Source: Candidatus Hydrogenedentota bacterium (GTDB lineage: Bacteria > Hydrogenedentota > Hydrogenedentia > Hydrogenedentales > GCA-2746185). Taken from it: a stretch of 35,569 nt of DNA. Every line of letters starts with the position of its first letter. The first letter of the stretch is position 1. Below, in pieces: positions 27,464 through 35,569 of this stretch. The notes beneath the pieces are model-generated. The model was not told where the DNA came from, searched no databases, and worked only from the letters and a program-made list of their open reading frames with translations. The stretch spans positions 1 through 35,569 of the forward strand of contig JAYGCN010000056.1 in assembly GCA_046583315.1 (NCBI GenBank). Direction: 5' to 3'. A program made the translations under genes and the position numbers.

Positions 27464-28306
27464 ATGCCCGAATCGCAAACCGTCATTGGGAGCCTGGAGG
27501 TGGGGGCCGATATGTCTCTATTTCGGAAATCCTGGCCCCTTCATGCCCCGAAAGCCAACGTCCTGATCGTACACGGATACGCCGAGTATTGTGAACGCTA
27601 TGACCACGTGGCTGAACGCCTCAATGAGCATGGGTATGCCGTCTACTCCTACGACCAACGCGGGCACGGAAACAGTCCAGGAACCCTCGGTCAGATTCCC
27701 TCCTTTGACGCGCTGACTGACGACCTCGCCAAAGTACTGAACACCCTCCAAGATGAAGTGGACGAGCACTTGCCCTTCTTTATCTGGGGACACAGCATGG
27801 GTGGACTGGTCACCTCCGCTTGCACGATTCGCCATCAACCCGATATCACAGGCCTTGTGCTGACCAGTCCCGGAGTCAAGGCCGATGAGACCGTTTCTCC
27901 CGTACTGAAGGCCCTGTCCGGTATTATCGCAGCCGTTCTGCCCAAGGTTCCCGTACACGCGCTCGATCCCACCGGCATTTCACGTGACGAAGTCGAAGTC
28001 AAGAAATACATCGAAGATCCACTCGTATACCACGGAAAAATTCTCGCCCAGACCGGTAATCAATTGGTCAAAACCATCGATTTCGTAGAGGCAAACTACG
28101 GAAAGATCACCGTGCCCACATTAATCATGCACGGAACTGAGGATCGCCTTGTAAACGTGATAGCCAGCGAGGCGCTTCATGCGGGTATGTCATCCTCCGA
28201 TAAAACGCTAAAAATTTACGACGGCGGATACCACGAACTTTTCAATGACATCATTCGCGAGGAATTTTTCACCGACCTCTTCGCCTGGTTGGATGCTCAC
28301 TGTTAG
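27464..28306 (+). CDS. Alpha/beta hydrolase, lysophospholipase/monoacylglycerol lipase family
   Basis: IVHGYAEY, DQRGHGNS, nucleophile GHSMGG, HGTEDRLV, YHELFND. Confidence 0.92.
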   Translation: MPESQTVIGSLEVGADMSLFRKSWPLHAPKANVLIVHGYAEYCERYDHVAERLNEHGYAVYSYDQRGHGNSPGTLGQIPSFDALTDDLAKVLNTLQDEVDEHLPFFIWGHSMGGLVTSACTIRHQPDITGLVLTSPGVKADETVSPVLKALSGIIAAVLPKVPVHALDPTGISRDEVEVKKYIEDPLVYHGKILAQTGNQLVKTIDFVEANYGKITVPTLIMHGTEDRLVNVIASEALHAGMSSSDKTLKIYDGGYHELFNDIIREEFFTDLFAWLDAHC

Positions 28307-29091
28307 CGCAGCTCAATCTGCACCACTGTTCCACGATGAAACTTGTATATCAACGCCGCGTTTCCTTTATTGACCGACAACTCCACGTGTTCCGTGCTTC
28401 CGATGACAGCGAGCGCTTTTCCATCTCCCACATTCCCATACGTATCGTGAACCTCGTGACATTCAAGATCACCCGCCTTGATCACCATGTTACTATGCCC
28501 CGAAATACGGGACCGCGGAATATTCGTAATCGCATTGCCAAAATGATCAATGTGGATAATCTCACCCTGAACTAAATCCCCCTTCACCACCGGTTCCGGA
28601 TAGGGAAGCGCGATAAGTTTTTCCAACAAAAGGCCCACCTCTTCAAATGCAACACCCGAAGCAAGATGAGCGGCGATTGGAGCAAACACATCCCGACCAT
28701 GAAACGTGGTGCTTGGAGAGGGAGGAATCAGTTCAGCGTTCTTGATGACACGCGCCTCAAACGAATCCGCCGATCGAATACACCACGAAACGAGGCCATT
28801 GTCAGGACATACCACGAACTGATCGGAAACGCGCACCACGATTGGATGACGACCCGTACCTACCCCCGGATCGACCACGGCGATGTGAATCGTTTCAGCA
28901 GGAAAAAGAGGTAACGTCGTTTCCAAAAACAACGCCGCCGCAATAACATCCCCACACTGAATGTCGTGCGAGAGATCATGAATGGCAGCCTCGGGGGCGA
29001 TCGATGCGATGACTCCTTTCATCGAAGCCACGTAAGGGTCCTGCGTCCCAAAATCGCTTAGCAACGTAATAATTGGCGCATTGGTACCCAC
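28303..29091 (-). CDS. SAM hydroxide adenosyltransferase (DUF62; halogenase superfamily)
   Basis: TLLSDFG, VVDPGVGTGR, PDNG, TFHGRDVFAP, IDHFGNAITN. Confidence 0.92.
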   Translation of the reverse strand: MGTNAPIITLLSDFGTQDPYVASMKGVIASIAPEAAIHDLSHDIQCGDVIAAALFLETTLPLFPAETIHIAVVDPGVGTGRHPIVVRVSDQFVVCPDNGLVSWCIRSADSFEARVIKNAELIPPSPSTTFHGRDVFAPIAAHLASGVAFEEVGLLLEKLIALPYPEPVVKGDLVQGEIIHIDHFGNAITNIPRSRISGHSNMVIKAGDLECHEVHDTYGNVGDGKALAVIGSTEHVELSVNKGNAALIYKFHRGTVVQIELR

Positions 29092-29167
29092 AGCTCAGCT
29101 TCCTTCCCATATCCATTGCTCAATCCATATAATTTACGCCCAATAGTCAAATTGGTCAACTCTTTAC

Positions 29168-29232
29168 TTGATTTGGAAAGATTCCTATTGTACAATTTCG
29201 TATCTACATAGCCTTAGGCATACAAAATTGTA
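29168..29232 (+). promoter_or_regulatory. Putative sigma70 promoter TTGATT-N17-TACAAT of the nifA-like gene, with overlapping TAC-N6-GTA sites
   Basis: -35 at 29168-29173, -10 at 29191-29196; TACAATTTCGTA 29191-29202 and TACAAAATTGTA 29221-29232. Confidence 0.6.
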
Positions 29233-29242
29233 GGATTATCAG

Positions 29243-30802
29243 ATGGCCGCAAGAAAACCAAAAGTACGAAGCGAAGTCTCAGAACTCACTTTACTCTTTG
29301 CTATCAGCCAATTGCTCGATCAGACCATCGACCTGCGTGATGTCGTCAATCCCGTCCTAAAAGCCATCGCAAAACATACCGGAATGGTTCGTGGCGCGCT
29401 CACCCTGCTCGACCGGGAGACTGGCGAACTCGTCATCGAAGCATCCTACGGTCTTTCGTCCGGTGAAGAACAACGCGGACGCTATCTGCTCGGCGAAGGG
29501 ATTACCGGTACCGTCGTGCGCACCGGACGCCCCATCGCAGTGCCCAAAGTCTCCGAAGAGCCACTATTCCTCAATCGAACCAAAGCCCGGGAGAACTTGA
29601 GCAAAGACGAAATCTCCTTTATTTGCGTTCCCATCAAGGTGGAAAGCGAAACTATCGGAACGCTAAGTGCCGACCAGCTGTTCGACGAAGAAACGGGACT
29701 CAACGAAGATGTGCGCCTTCTTTCTATCATCGCCTCGATGGTCTCTCAGGCCGTGCGCCTGCGCCAGGATGTGCAAGGCAATCAACGCCGCCTCATGGAA
29801 GAAAACGTTCGTCTTCAAGAAGAACTACGCGACCGATTTCGGCCCGCAAATATCATTGGGCGCTCCAATAAAATGCAAGCCGTGTACGACATGATTGCAC
29901 AAGTCGCACCAAGCGACACTACCGTCCTGATTCGCGGAGAAAGCGGCGTGGGTAAAGAACTCGTTGCACACTCCATCCACTACAACAGTCCGCGCTCCAC
30001 CAAACCTTACGTGCGCGTGAACTGCGGTGCACTACCGGAAACATTGATCGAAAGTGAGCTGTTCGGCCACGAAAAAGGGGCCTTCACTGGGGCCATCACC
30101 CAACGCAAAGGGCGTTTCGAGTTAGCCCACGGCGGGACGATTTTTCTCGACGAAATCGGCGACCTCTCGCCACATACGCAAATACGGCTGTTACGTGTGA
30201 TTCAAGAACGCGAATTTGAACGTGTCGGCGGAACCAAAACGATTCAAGTCGACGTGCGCGTCGTCGCCGCAACGAATCGCGATCTTGAGAAAGCCATCGA
30301 AGACGACAGCTTCCGCCAGGATCTCTTCTACCGCCTCAGCGTCTTCCCGATACATATCCCCGACTTGAGCGAACGCAAAACCGATATTCTTGAACTCGCA
30401 AATTACTTCGTCGAAAAATACAGCAAGCAGTCCAACAAAATCATAAAACGCATATCAACTCCCGCCATCGACATGCTTACGAGTTACCACTGGCCCGGAA
30501 ACGTGCGCGAACTCGAAAACTGTATCGAACGCGCCATCCTCCTTAGTCAGGACGACGTGTTGCACGGGCATCATCTTCCGCCTACACTCCAGAGCGCCGA
30601 AGCCAGCAATACGGTGATGCGTGGAACTCTTGAGGAATCCCTCGATCGCGTTGAGAAAGAGATGATTATCGAAGCACTGAAAAATTCACGTGGAAACAAA
30701 TCCAAAGCGGCCAAATCACTCGGGATCACCGAACGAATCATGGGACTTCGCGTCGACAAGTTCGCGATTAAACCCAGAGAATACAAACACGGCAGCCTCT
30801 AA
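29243..30802 (+). CDS. NifA-like sigma54 enhancer-binding protein (GAF-AAA+-HTH)
   Basis: GAF region ([18 protein letters not shown]), [57 protein letters not shown]. Confidence 0.92.
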   Translation: MAARKPKVRSEVSELTLLFAISQLLDQTIDLRDVVNPVLKAIAKHTGMVRGALTLLDRETGELVIEASYGLSSGEEQRGRYLLGEGITGTVVRTGRPIAVPKVSEEPLFLNRTKARENLSKDEISFICVPIKVESETIGTLSADQLFDEETGLNEDVRLLSIIASMVSQAVRLRQDVQGNQRRLMEENVRLQEELRDRFRPANIIGRSNKMQAVYDMIAQVAPSDTTVLIRGESGVGKELVAHSIHYNSPRSTKPYVRVNCGALPETLIESELFGHEKGAFTGAITQRKGRFELAHGGTIFLDEIGDLSPHTQIRLLRVIQEREFERVGGTKTIQVDVRVVAATNRDLEKAIEDDSFRQDLFYRLSVFPIHIPDLSERKTDILELANYFVEKYSKQSNKIIKRISTPAIDMLTSYHWPGNVRELENCIERAILLSQDDVLHGHHLPPTLQSAEASNTVMRGTLEESLDRVEKEMIIEALKNSRGNKSKAAKSLGITERIMGLRVDKFAIKPREYKHGSL

Positions 30803-30827
30803 CAACGCTCCCGATTCTACCCACCCG

Positions 30828-30860
30828 CCGCATCCCTGTTTGCACAGGATGCGGTTTTTT
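30828..30860 (+). terminator. Intrinsic terminator after the nifA-like gene
   Basis: CCGCATC(C)CTGT-TTGC-ACAGGATGCGG followed by TTTTTT. Confidence 0.8.
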
Positions 30861-30876
30861 CGTTCTGCATAGTATG

Positions 30877-30946
30877 TACGCCAATGTAGCTTACTTTAAA
30901 TATGCTACGTGTGGGTACTTTTTACTAAAATACTTACATATGCGTG
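30877..30946. promoter_or_regulatory. Candidate upstream activator sequence: three TAC-N6-GTA-like sites at 29-bp period
   Basis: TACGCCAATGTA 30877, TACGTGTGGGTA 30906, TACATATGCGTG 30935. Confidence 0.5.
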
Positions 30947-31036
30947 GGTCTAAAGACTCCGGCTTTCGCGATGCGAATATATCGTAAGTTGCTCAAATAT
31001 AGAGATTTACCTTCACACTTTACCTTTTTTCCCTCC

Positions 31037-31053
31037 TTGGCACGGCGGTTGCT
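31037..31053 (+). promoter_or_regulatory. Sigma54 (-24/-12) promoter of amtB-glnK
   Basis: TTGGCACGGCGGTTGCT matches TGGCAC-N5-TTGC, downstream of a sigma54 activator gene. Confidence 0.9.
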
Positions 31054-31179
31054 TTAAGTACACAAAAGCAACATGTATTGGCCTGACCGTTTCAGGTCGG
31101 ACGGACCAGAACCTTTGGTCAGGCTGTAGCAACTCAATTGCGGTGTCGGACGCGCCGCGGAATTAAAAAGGAGAGGGAA

Positions 31180-32529
31180 ATGAAAAGTCGTTGGAAATTG
31201 GCCAGTGCGCTGGCCGTCGTAATGCTCGGCGTGATGATTATGTCGCCCGGTGTATTCGCACAAGAAGAAGGGATGACCGTTGCAGACGCGATATTCACCG
31301 TCAACAACACGTGGATGCTCGTTGCCACATTCCTGGTGTTTATCATGCACCTTGGTTTTGCCTGTCTCGAAGTTGGACTGACACGCGCCAAGAATACGGT
31401 AAACATCCTGTTCAAGAACACGGCCATCGTGGCCATCGGAATTCTCACCTACGCAGCCGTAGGATTCAATCTGATGTATCCGGGTGATTTCTCGATGGAA
31501 CTGTTCGGTGGAGGATTCTTTGGTTTTGCTGGCTTCGGAGTAGACCCAGGCGAAACGGGGCAGACGATCGCCTATGCAGATGGCGCGTACACCTACTGGA
31601 CAGACTTTATCTTCCAGGCGATGTTCGCGGCGACTGCTGCAACGATCATCTCCGGTGCTGTTGCGGAACGCATCAAGTTGCTTCCGTTCCTGCTTATCGT
31701 AACGGTTTATGTTGGTATCATTTATCCTCTCGTAGGTAGCTGGAAATGGGGCGGCGGCTGGTTGGATGCCAAAGGCTTCTACGATTTCGCTGGTTCCACA
31801 CTGGTGCACTCCGTCGGTGGCTGGGGAGCGCTTGCAGGGGTTATCGTACTCGGACCTCGTCTTGGTAAATACGTCAACGGAAAAATCAAAGGTATCGCGG
31901 GTCACAGCATGCCTCTTGCCACGATCGGTGTATTCCTCCTGTGGCTCGGTTGGTTCGGATTCAACGGTGGTTCAGTATTGAGTGCTGATCCTGACCTTGT
32001 ATCGCTCGTATTCGTAACTACTTCTCTGGCTGCATCAGCCGGTGTTATCGGCGCAATGATTACCACGTGGATTGTTCAGCACAAACCTGATTTATCCATG
32101 ATTCTTAACGGGTCGCTTGCTGGTCTGGTTGGTATCACAGCGAGTGCTGATTCCGTATCCGCTATGTCTGCAGTTATTATCGGCGCCATTGCAGGCGTAT
32201 TGGTAGTAGGCTCAGTGCTTGTTCTTGACAAGGCGAAACTTGATGACCCGGTTGGTGCACTTTCCGTTCACTTGGTATGCGGTATCTGGGGAACGTTGGC
32301 GGTTGGTATCTTCGGGAACTTTGACGAAGGCACAGGTGGAATCATGACGCAGTTGATTGGTGTCTTGGCCTACGGCGCGTTATGTTTCCCCGCAGCACTC
32401 ATCCTCTTCACCATCGCGAAGTTCACCATCGGTATCCGCGTTAGCGAGAAGGAAGAAATTGGCGGACTGGATGTTGGCGAACACGGTATGGAAGCATACA
32501 GTGGATTCCAAATCTTCACGACGGACTAA
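31180..32529 (+). CDS. amtB: Ammonium transporter
   Basis: Signal peptide from ATG 31180 (AGGAG RBS); FQAMFAA, SGAVAER, DFAGSTLVH, WFGFNGGS, LAGLVGIT, DDPVGALSVH (twin His present). Confidence 0.96.
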   Translation: MKSRWKLASALAVVMLGVMIMSPGVFAQEEGMTVADAIFTVNNTWMLVATFLVFIMHLGFACLEVGLTRAKNTVNILFKNTAIVAIGILTYAAVGFNLMYPGDFSMELFGGGFFGFAGFGVDPGETGQTIAYADGAYTYWTDFIFQAMFAATAATIISGAVAERIKLLPFLLIVTVYVGIIYPLVGSWKWGGGWLDAKGFYDFAGSTLVHSVGGWGALAGVIVLGPRLGKYVNGKIKGIAGHSMPLATIGVFLLWLGWFGFNGGSVLSADPDLVSLVFVTTSLAASAGVIGAMITTWIVQHKPDLSMILNGSLAGLVGITASADSVSAMSAVIIGAIAGVLVVGSVLVLDKAKLDDPVGALSVHLVCGIWGTLAVGIFGNFDEGTGGIMTQLIGVLAYGALCFPAALILFTIAKFTIGIRVSEKEEIGGLDVGEHGMEAYSGFQIFTTD

Positions 32530-32585
32530 TCTGAACCAGACCAACGAACACGTACGACGTGATTCAACTAAAGGAGTAATACACA

Positions 32586-32927
32586 ATGAAACTTGTGATT
32601 GCCTATATACAGCCTGAGCGACTGACCGCGGTCAAGCAGTCCCTCTACGAGGCTGAAGTTACAAAGATGTCAGTGACCAACGTGTTGGGCTGTGGAGCTC
32701 AGGGCGGATTCCACGAAAACTACCGTGGTGCGGATATCGAAGTGAACCTGCTCAAAAAGGTGCGCATCGAGATCGCTGTGAACGAAGAGTTCCTCAAAAA
32801 CACCATTGATGCCATTGTCAAAGGCGCGAAAACCGGAAACATCGGTGACGGAAAAATCTTCGTGCTTGACCTGGCCGAGTGCATCCGCATTCGGACTGGC
32901 GAATCTGGAAAGGAAGCCGTAGGGTAA
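32586..32927 (+). CDS. glnK: PII nitrogen regulatory protein
   Basis: [34 protein letters not shown]; adjacent to amtB. Confidence 0.93.
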   Translation: MKLVIAYIQPERLTAVKQSLYEAEVTKMSVTNVLGCGAQGGFHENYRGADIEVNLLKKVRIEIAVNEEFLKNTIDAIVKGAKTGNIGDGKIFVLDLAECIRIRTGESGKEAVG

Positions 32928-33037
32928 CCTTAAGCTTCCCTCTCCGTCCAAGGGCGGTGCGCGCTTTGTTTACCCCTAAGCGTGCATCGTCCACTAGGAC
33001 GAAGAAAACACAACTATCGAGAAGGACTCTGCCCCAA

Positions 33038-33652
33038 TCAGGGATAGAGTCCTTTTTTCGTCCATGAGCCATCAGCTGCACGGGTATACATCGTGCGATC
33101 GTGCAGCCGATGCGGACGTGACAACCAGAACTCGATAATCGTCGGCGCGACAATGTACCCGCCCCAAAAATCCGGACGCGGTACATCCTGGCCTCCATAC
33201 TTTTTTGTGACCGCTTCCATGCGATCGATCATCGTGCTTCGCGCATCCAGTTCTGCGGATTGCATCGAAGCCCACGCGCCGAGCTGACTCTCCCGCGGTC
33301 GTTTCGCGAAATACGTGTCCGATTCCTCAGTAGATGTCGGAGTCGTCGTGCCCATAATGCGAATCTGCCGATCCAGCGCGGGCCAGTAAAAATTCAGCGA
33401 CACTTTGTTCGAGTCCGCAAGCTGTTCCCCCTTGATGCTCGCGAGATTCGTGAAAAAGCTGAAACCCTTCTCCGTCAAATCCTTCAACAACACAATACGC
33501 GTCCACGGCTGCCCCTCCGCATCCACCGTCGCCAGCGTCATCGCCGTCACATCCTTGATGTCCGGACAATCCGCGGCGTCCTTGAACCACGCATCAAACA
33601 GGTCGTAAGGATTCTCAAAATCAGGTATCGCGCTGCTCAATTCAGGGTCCAT
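33038..33652 (-). CDS. pdxH: Pyridoxine/pyridoxamine 5'-phosphate oxidase
   Basis: AMTLATV, RIVLLK, FFTN, RQIRI, RPRESQLGAWAS, WGGY, EFW...RLHDR. Confidence 0.96.
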   Translation of the reverse strand: MDPELSSAIPDFENPYDLFDAWFKDAADCPDIKDVTAMTLATVDAEGQPWTRIVLLKDLTEKGFSFFTNLASIKGEQLADSNKVSLNFYWPALDRQIRIMGTTTPTSTEESDTYFAKRPRESQLGAWASMQSAELDARSTMIDRMEAVTKKYGGQDVPRPDFWGGYIVAPTIIEFWLSRPHRLHDRTMYTRAADGSWTKKGLYP

Positions 33653-33809
33653 CAAAAATTCTCGCTAGGTTGGGGGGAATCGAAGTAAAATCGGCAATAT
33701 CATGCAAGATTAGCCGTCCAGTCCGCAAGTTTCGATTGCTTTTGTCCGCGACGCCAAAGACGTGGACTACGTCAAATTATACAGATGAACTACCTATCGC
33801 ATTGCCACA

Positions 33810-33921
33810 CGCAGAGGCGCAGAGACGCGGAGGAATAAAGTGAAAGCCGCTATTTTGACCAGAGATATGAGTCCCGGAATTGATATCCCAATTGGTTTGC
33901 CCCCGTAATCCCCTCTGCGCC
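33810..33921. repeat. Degenerate 8-bp tandem repeat (CGCAGAGG CGCAGAGA CGCGGAGG) with partial inverted copy CTCTGCGCC
   Basis: Three units at 33810-33833; reverse-complement remnant at 33913-33921. Confidence 0.55.
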
Positions 33922-34217
33922 GAAGGCTCACTCCTCTAGACTGGGCGAGTACCCGATGCCGGAAAATTCGCCAAATGCACAATTTCAGTCCCTCCAAACT
34001 CTGCAAATCCATCACGACAACCACAAAAACATATTATACTCCGATCCGCAACGACCCAGCGTTTATGCAGAAGGGTTTACATGGACATATCCCTCCGAGA
34101 TACCGATACACTTCAATCAATCTGTTGCTTTTACCTCTCCAAGAAATCTAGGGTATATGCTATATTCACATAAAGGCTTGGAAAATACACTACTTGGGTA
34201 ACTGGGTTTGACTGGCA

Positions 34218-35393
34218 ATGAGGAGAGTTAGAATGCGCACAATATCACGCACCGATTCCTCAAGAAAACCTGATCAACTATCACCGCGGGCTGGGATTGC
34301 GACAGTTTGGACTGTTCTATTCGTATTGGTTCTTGTTATGTTTCTAGGGCTTGTCATCGATACAGGATACATGGTTGTCGCAAAGCAGCAACTGCAGACT
34401 GCAGCTGATGCGGCCGCGCTGGCTGGCGCTTACTCAGTCCGATCGGATCAGGATGACGCACGTAGCCAAGCTGTTCTTATCGCGTCGCTCAATACGTCGG
34501 CCAAAGAAAACGTAACACTCTACCTAAACTCAGTGAACGACCCGAACGGCGATATCGTGGTCGGGTTCTTTGATCGCGATACAGAAACCTTTACCCCGAC
34601 CACTACCGACCCGAACGCCGTTGAAGTCAATGCATGCCGAACGACCGCACATGGGACCAATACACCTTTAACACTCTTGTTCGGCGATATGATGGGCATT
34701 ACAGAAGTGGATATCGCTGCCAAGGCCATTGCCATGTCCGATTTTACCGATTCCGGAGGAGCGGTTCGATTTCTCATCGACGACGAGATGATCGATACTG
34801 ATATACCTGTTCTCGAAGACCTGGCTAGCGACTTGGGAATTACTACAGAAGATCTCATATCTGACCTGGACGGGGATTGGTTTATTGATCTCCCGCCGGG
34901 AACGATACTCGAACTCCCCACGGGTCAAATCGGCGACGAAGGACTTTTCGAAATACAGGAGGCGCACTTTCCTTTCACCGAAGAGTCCGATCCTTCACTT
35001 GAAGATTTTCTGAACTGGCAAGATGACAGTTCGAGTTGGCGCTATTACTTGCTCGACGACGATGACAACGATCCGCTGCTGGGTGTTTCTCCGGTTGACG
35101 ATGCCTCCGTCTATCTGTCGTACGTTGATCCCAATTTCGTACATATCAGCCCAATCTACAAAAGTGACACAAGCACACTCGATCCGACGTGGGACGATAC
35201 CGGATTCATCGAATCGGTTAATGCGAAAGGTGAACGCCGCGGCCTACTCGCGTTCAAAATCATCGCCATTGGGACGGACTCCGACGGTAGTGGTTCGGTT
35301 CTGCCGAATATTGTGATCGAAGTGGTCGACCCTTCTGGTATCGACCTTGGAAATATCGGTCCCACGGAGACCGTGGTATTCCTCGTTCTCTAG
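34218..35393 (+). CDS. TadE/TadG-like pseudopilin with acidic C-terminal domain
   Basis: Prepilin-like RAG|IATVWTVLF, then LGLVIDTG...QLQTAADAAALAGA. Start may be ATG 34233. Confidence 0.85.
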   Translation: MRRVRMRTISRTDSSRKPDQLSPRAGIATVWTVLFVLVLVMFLGLVIDTGYMVVAKQQLQTAADAAALAGAYSVRSDQDDARSQAVLIASLNTSAKENVTLYLNSVNDPNGDIVVGFFDRDTETFTPTTTDPNAVEVNACRTTAHGTNTPLTLLFGDMMGITEVDIAAKAIAMSDFTDSGGAVRFLIDDEMIDTDIPVLEDLASDLGITTEDLISDLDGDWFIDLPPGTILELPTGQIGDEGLFEIQEAHFPFTEESDPSLEDFLNWQDDSSSWRYYLLDDDDNDPLLGVSPVDDASVYLSYVDPNFVHISPIYKSDTSTLDPTWDDTGFIESVNAKGERRGLLAFKIIAIGTDSDGSGSVLPNIVIEVVDPSGIDLGNIGPTETVVFLVL

Positions 35394-35569
35394 TGTTTTG
35401 AATTACGGAAATGAGAGTGAACAGCTCGATCACCTTTCCTGAACGCTTAGCGTCCACCTGACGGCATCGCTATGGGCTTCACGTTGACAACAGGCTTTGT
35501 CTTTCATTGGTAACTAATCCTATCTCAGTTCTTTACTTGTCCTCGTAGGAAAGGGACCAGGTCACGTTA

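Noticed and set aside
28303..29091. Fluorinase or chlorinase
   Set aside because: Length and motifs (SDFG, GTGR, TFHGRD) fit the common DUF62 SAM hydrolase; no halometabolite genes nearby.
29175..29185. GGAA-AGA-TTCC as an NrpR operator
   Set aside because: NrpR sites are GGAA-N6-TTCC; the spacer here is 3 bp.
29243..30802. Evidence for nitrogen fixation
   Set aside because: No nif structural genes in the window; GAF-type activators also control non-nif targets.
33794..34201. Short ORFs 33794-34024 and 33956-34201
   Set aside because: One translates the repeat remnant (RVSAPLRV); neither has an RBS or domain signal.
1..35569. CRISPR arrays, tRNA/rRNA genes, transposases, integrases
   Set aside because: No regularly spaced repeats, recognisable RNA gene signatures or recombinase motifs found by eye; a covariance-model scan was not run.

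Overview
Bacterial chromosomal window of moderate GC, mostly housekeeping genes, with no rRNA, tRNA, CRISPR array or intact mobile element seen. Gene style suggests a poorly studied lineage (Hydrogenedentota or PVC-like; inference only). Left to right it holds the 3' end of recG, a TPR/multi-TM protein, and a long minus-strand block transcribed sucC-sucD-sucA-sucB-lpdA, then korA-korB, then kdsB-pyrG-hypothetical. Next come an unannotated 43-aa single-TM ORF and an excisionase-HTH response regulator divergent from an 894-aa Ski2/Hel308-like helicase, followed by accessory enzymes, rpsT, a NifA-like activator-amtB-glnK module, pdxH and a TadG-like gene. The most striking signal is the helicase: it carries a C-terminal OmpR/PhoB-type winged helix, and its near-consensus sigma70 promoter is covered by a perfect 38-bp palindrome made of two CTG-N10-CAG boxes. 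Other candidates are a pyrC-like CTP-sensing start site ahead of kdsB-pyrG, phased TAC-N6-GTA sites shared by the nifA-like and amtB promoters, a PII lacking Tyr51, and a possibly two-state amtB leader. All calls come from reading the sequence by eye; no searches were run.
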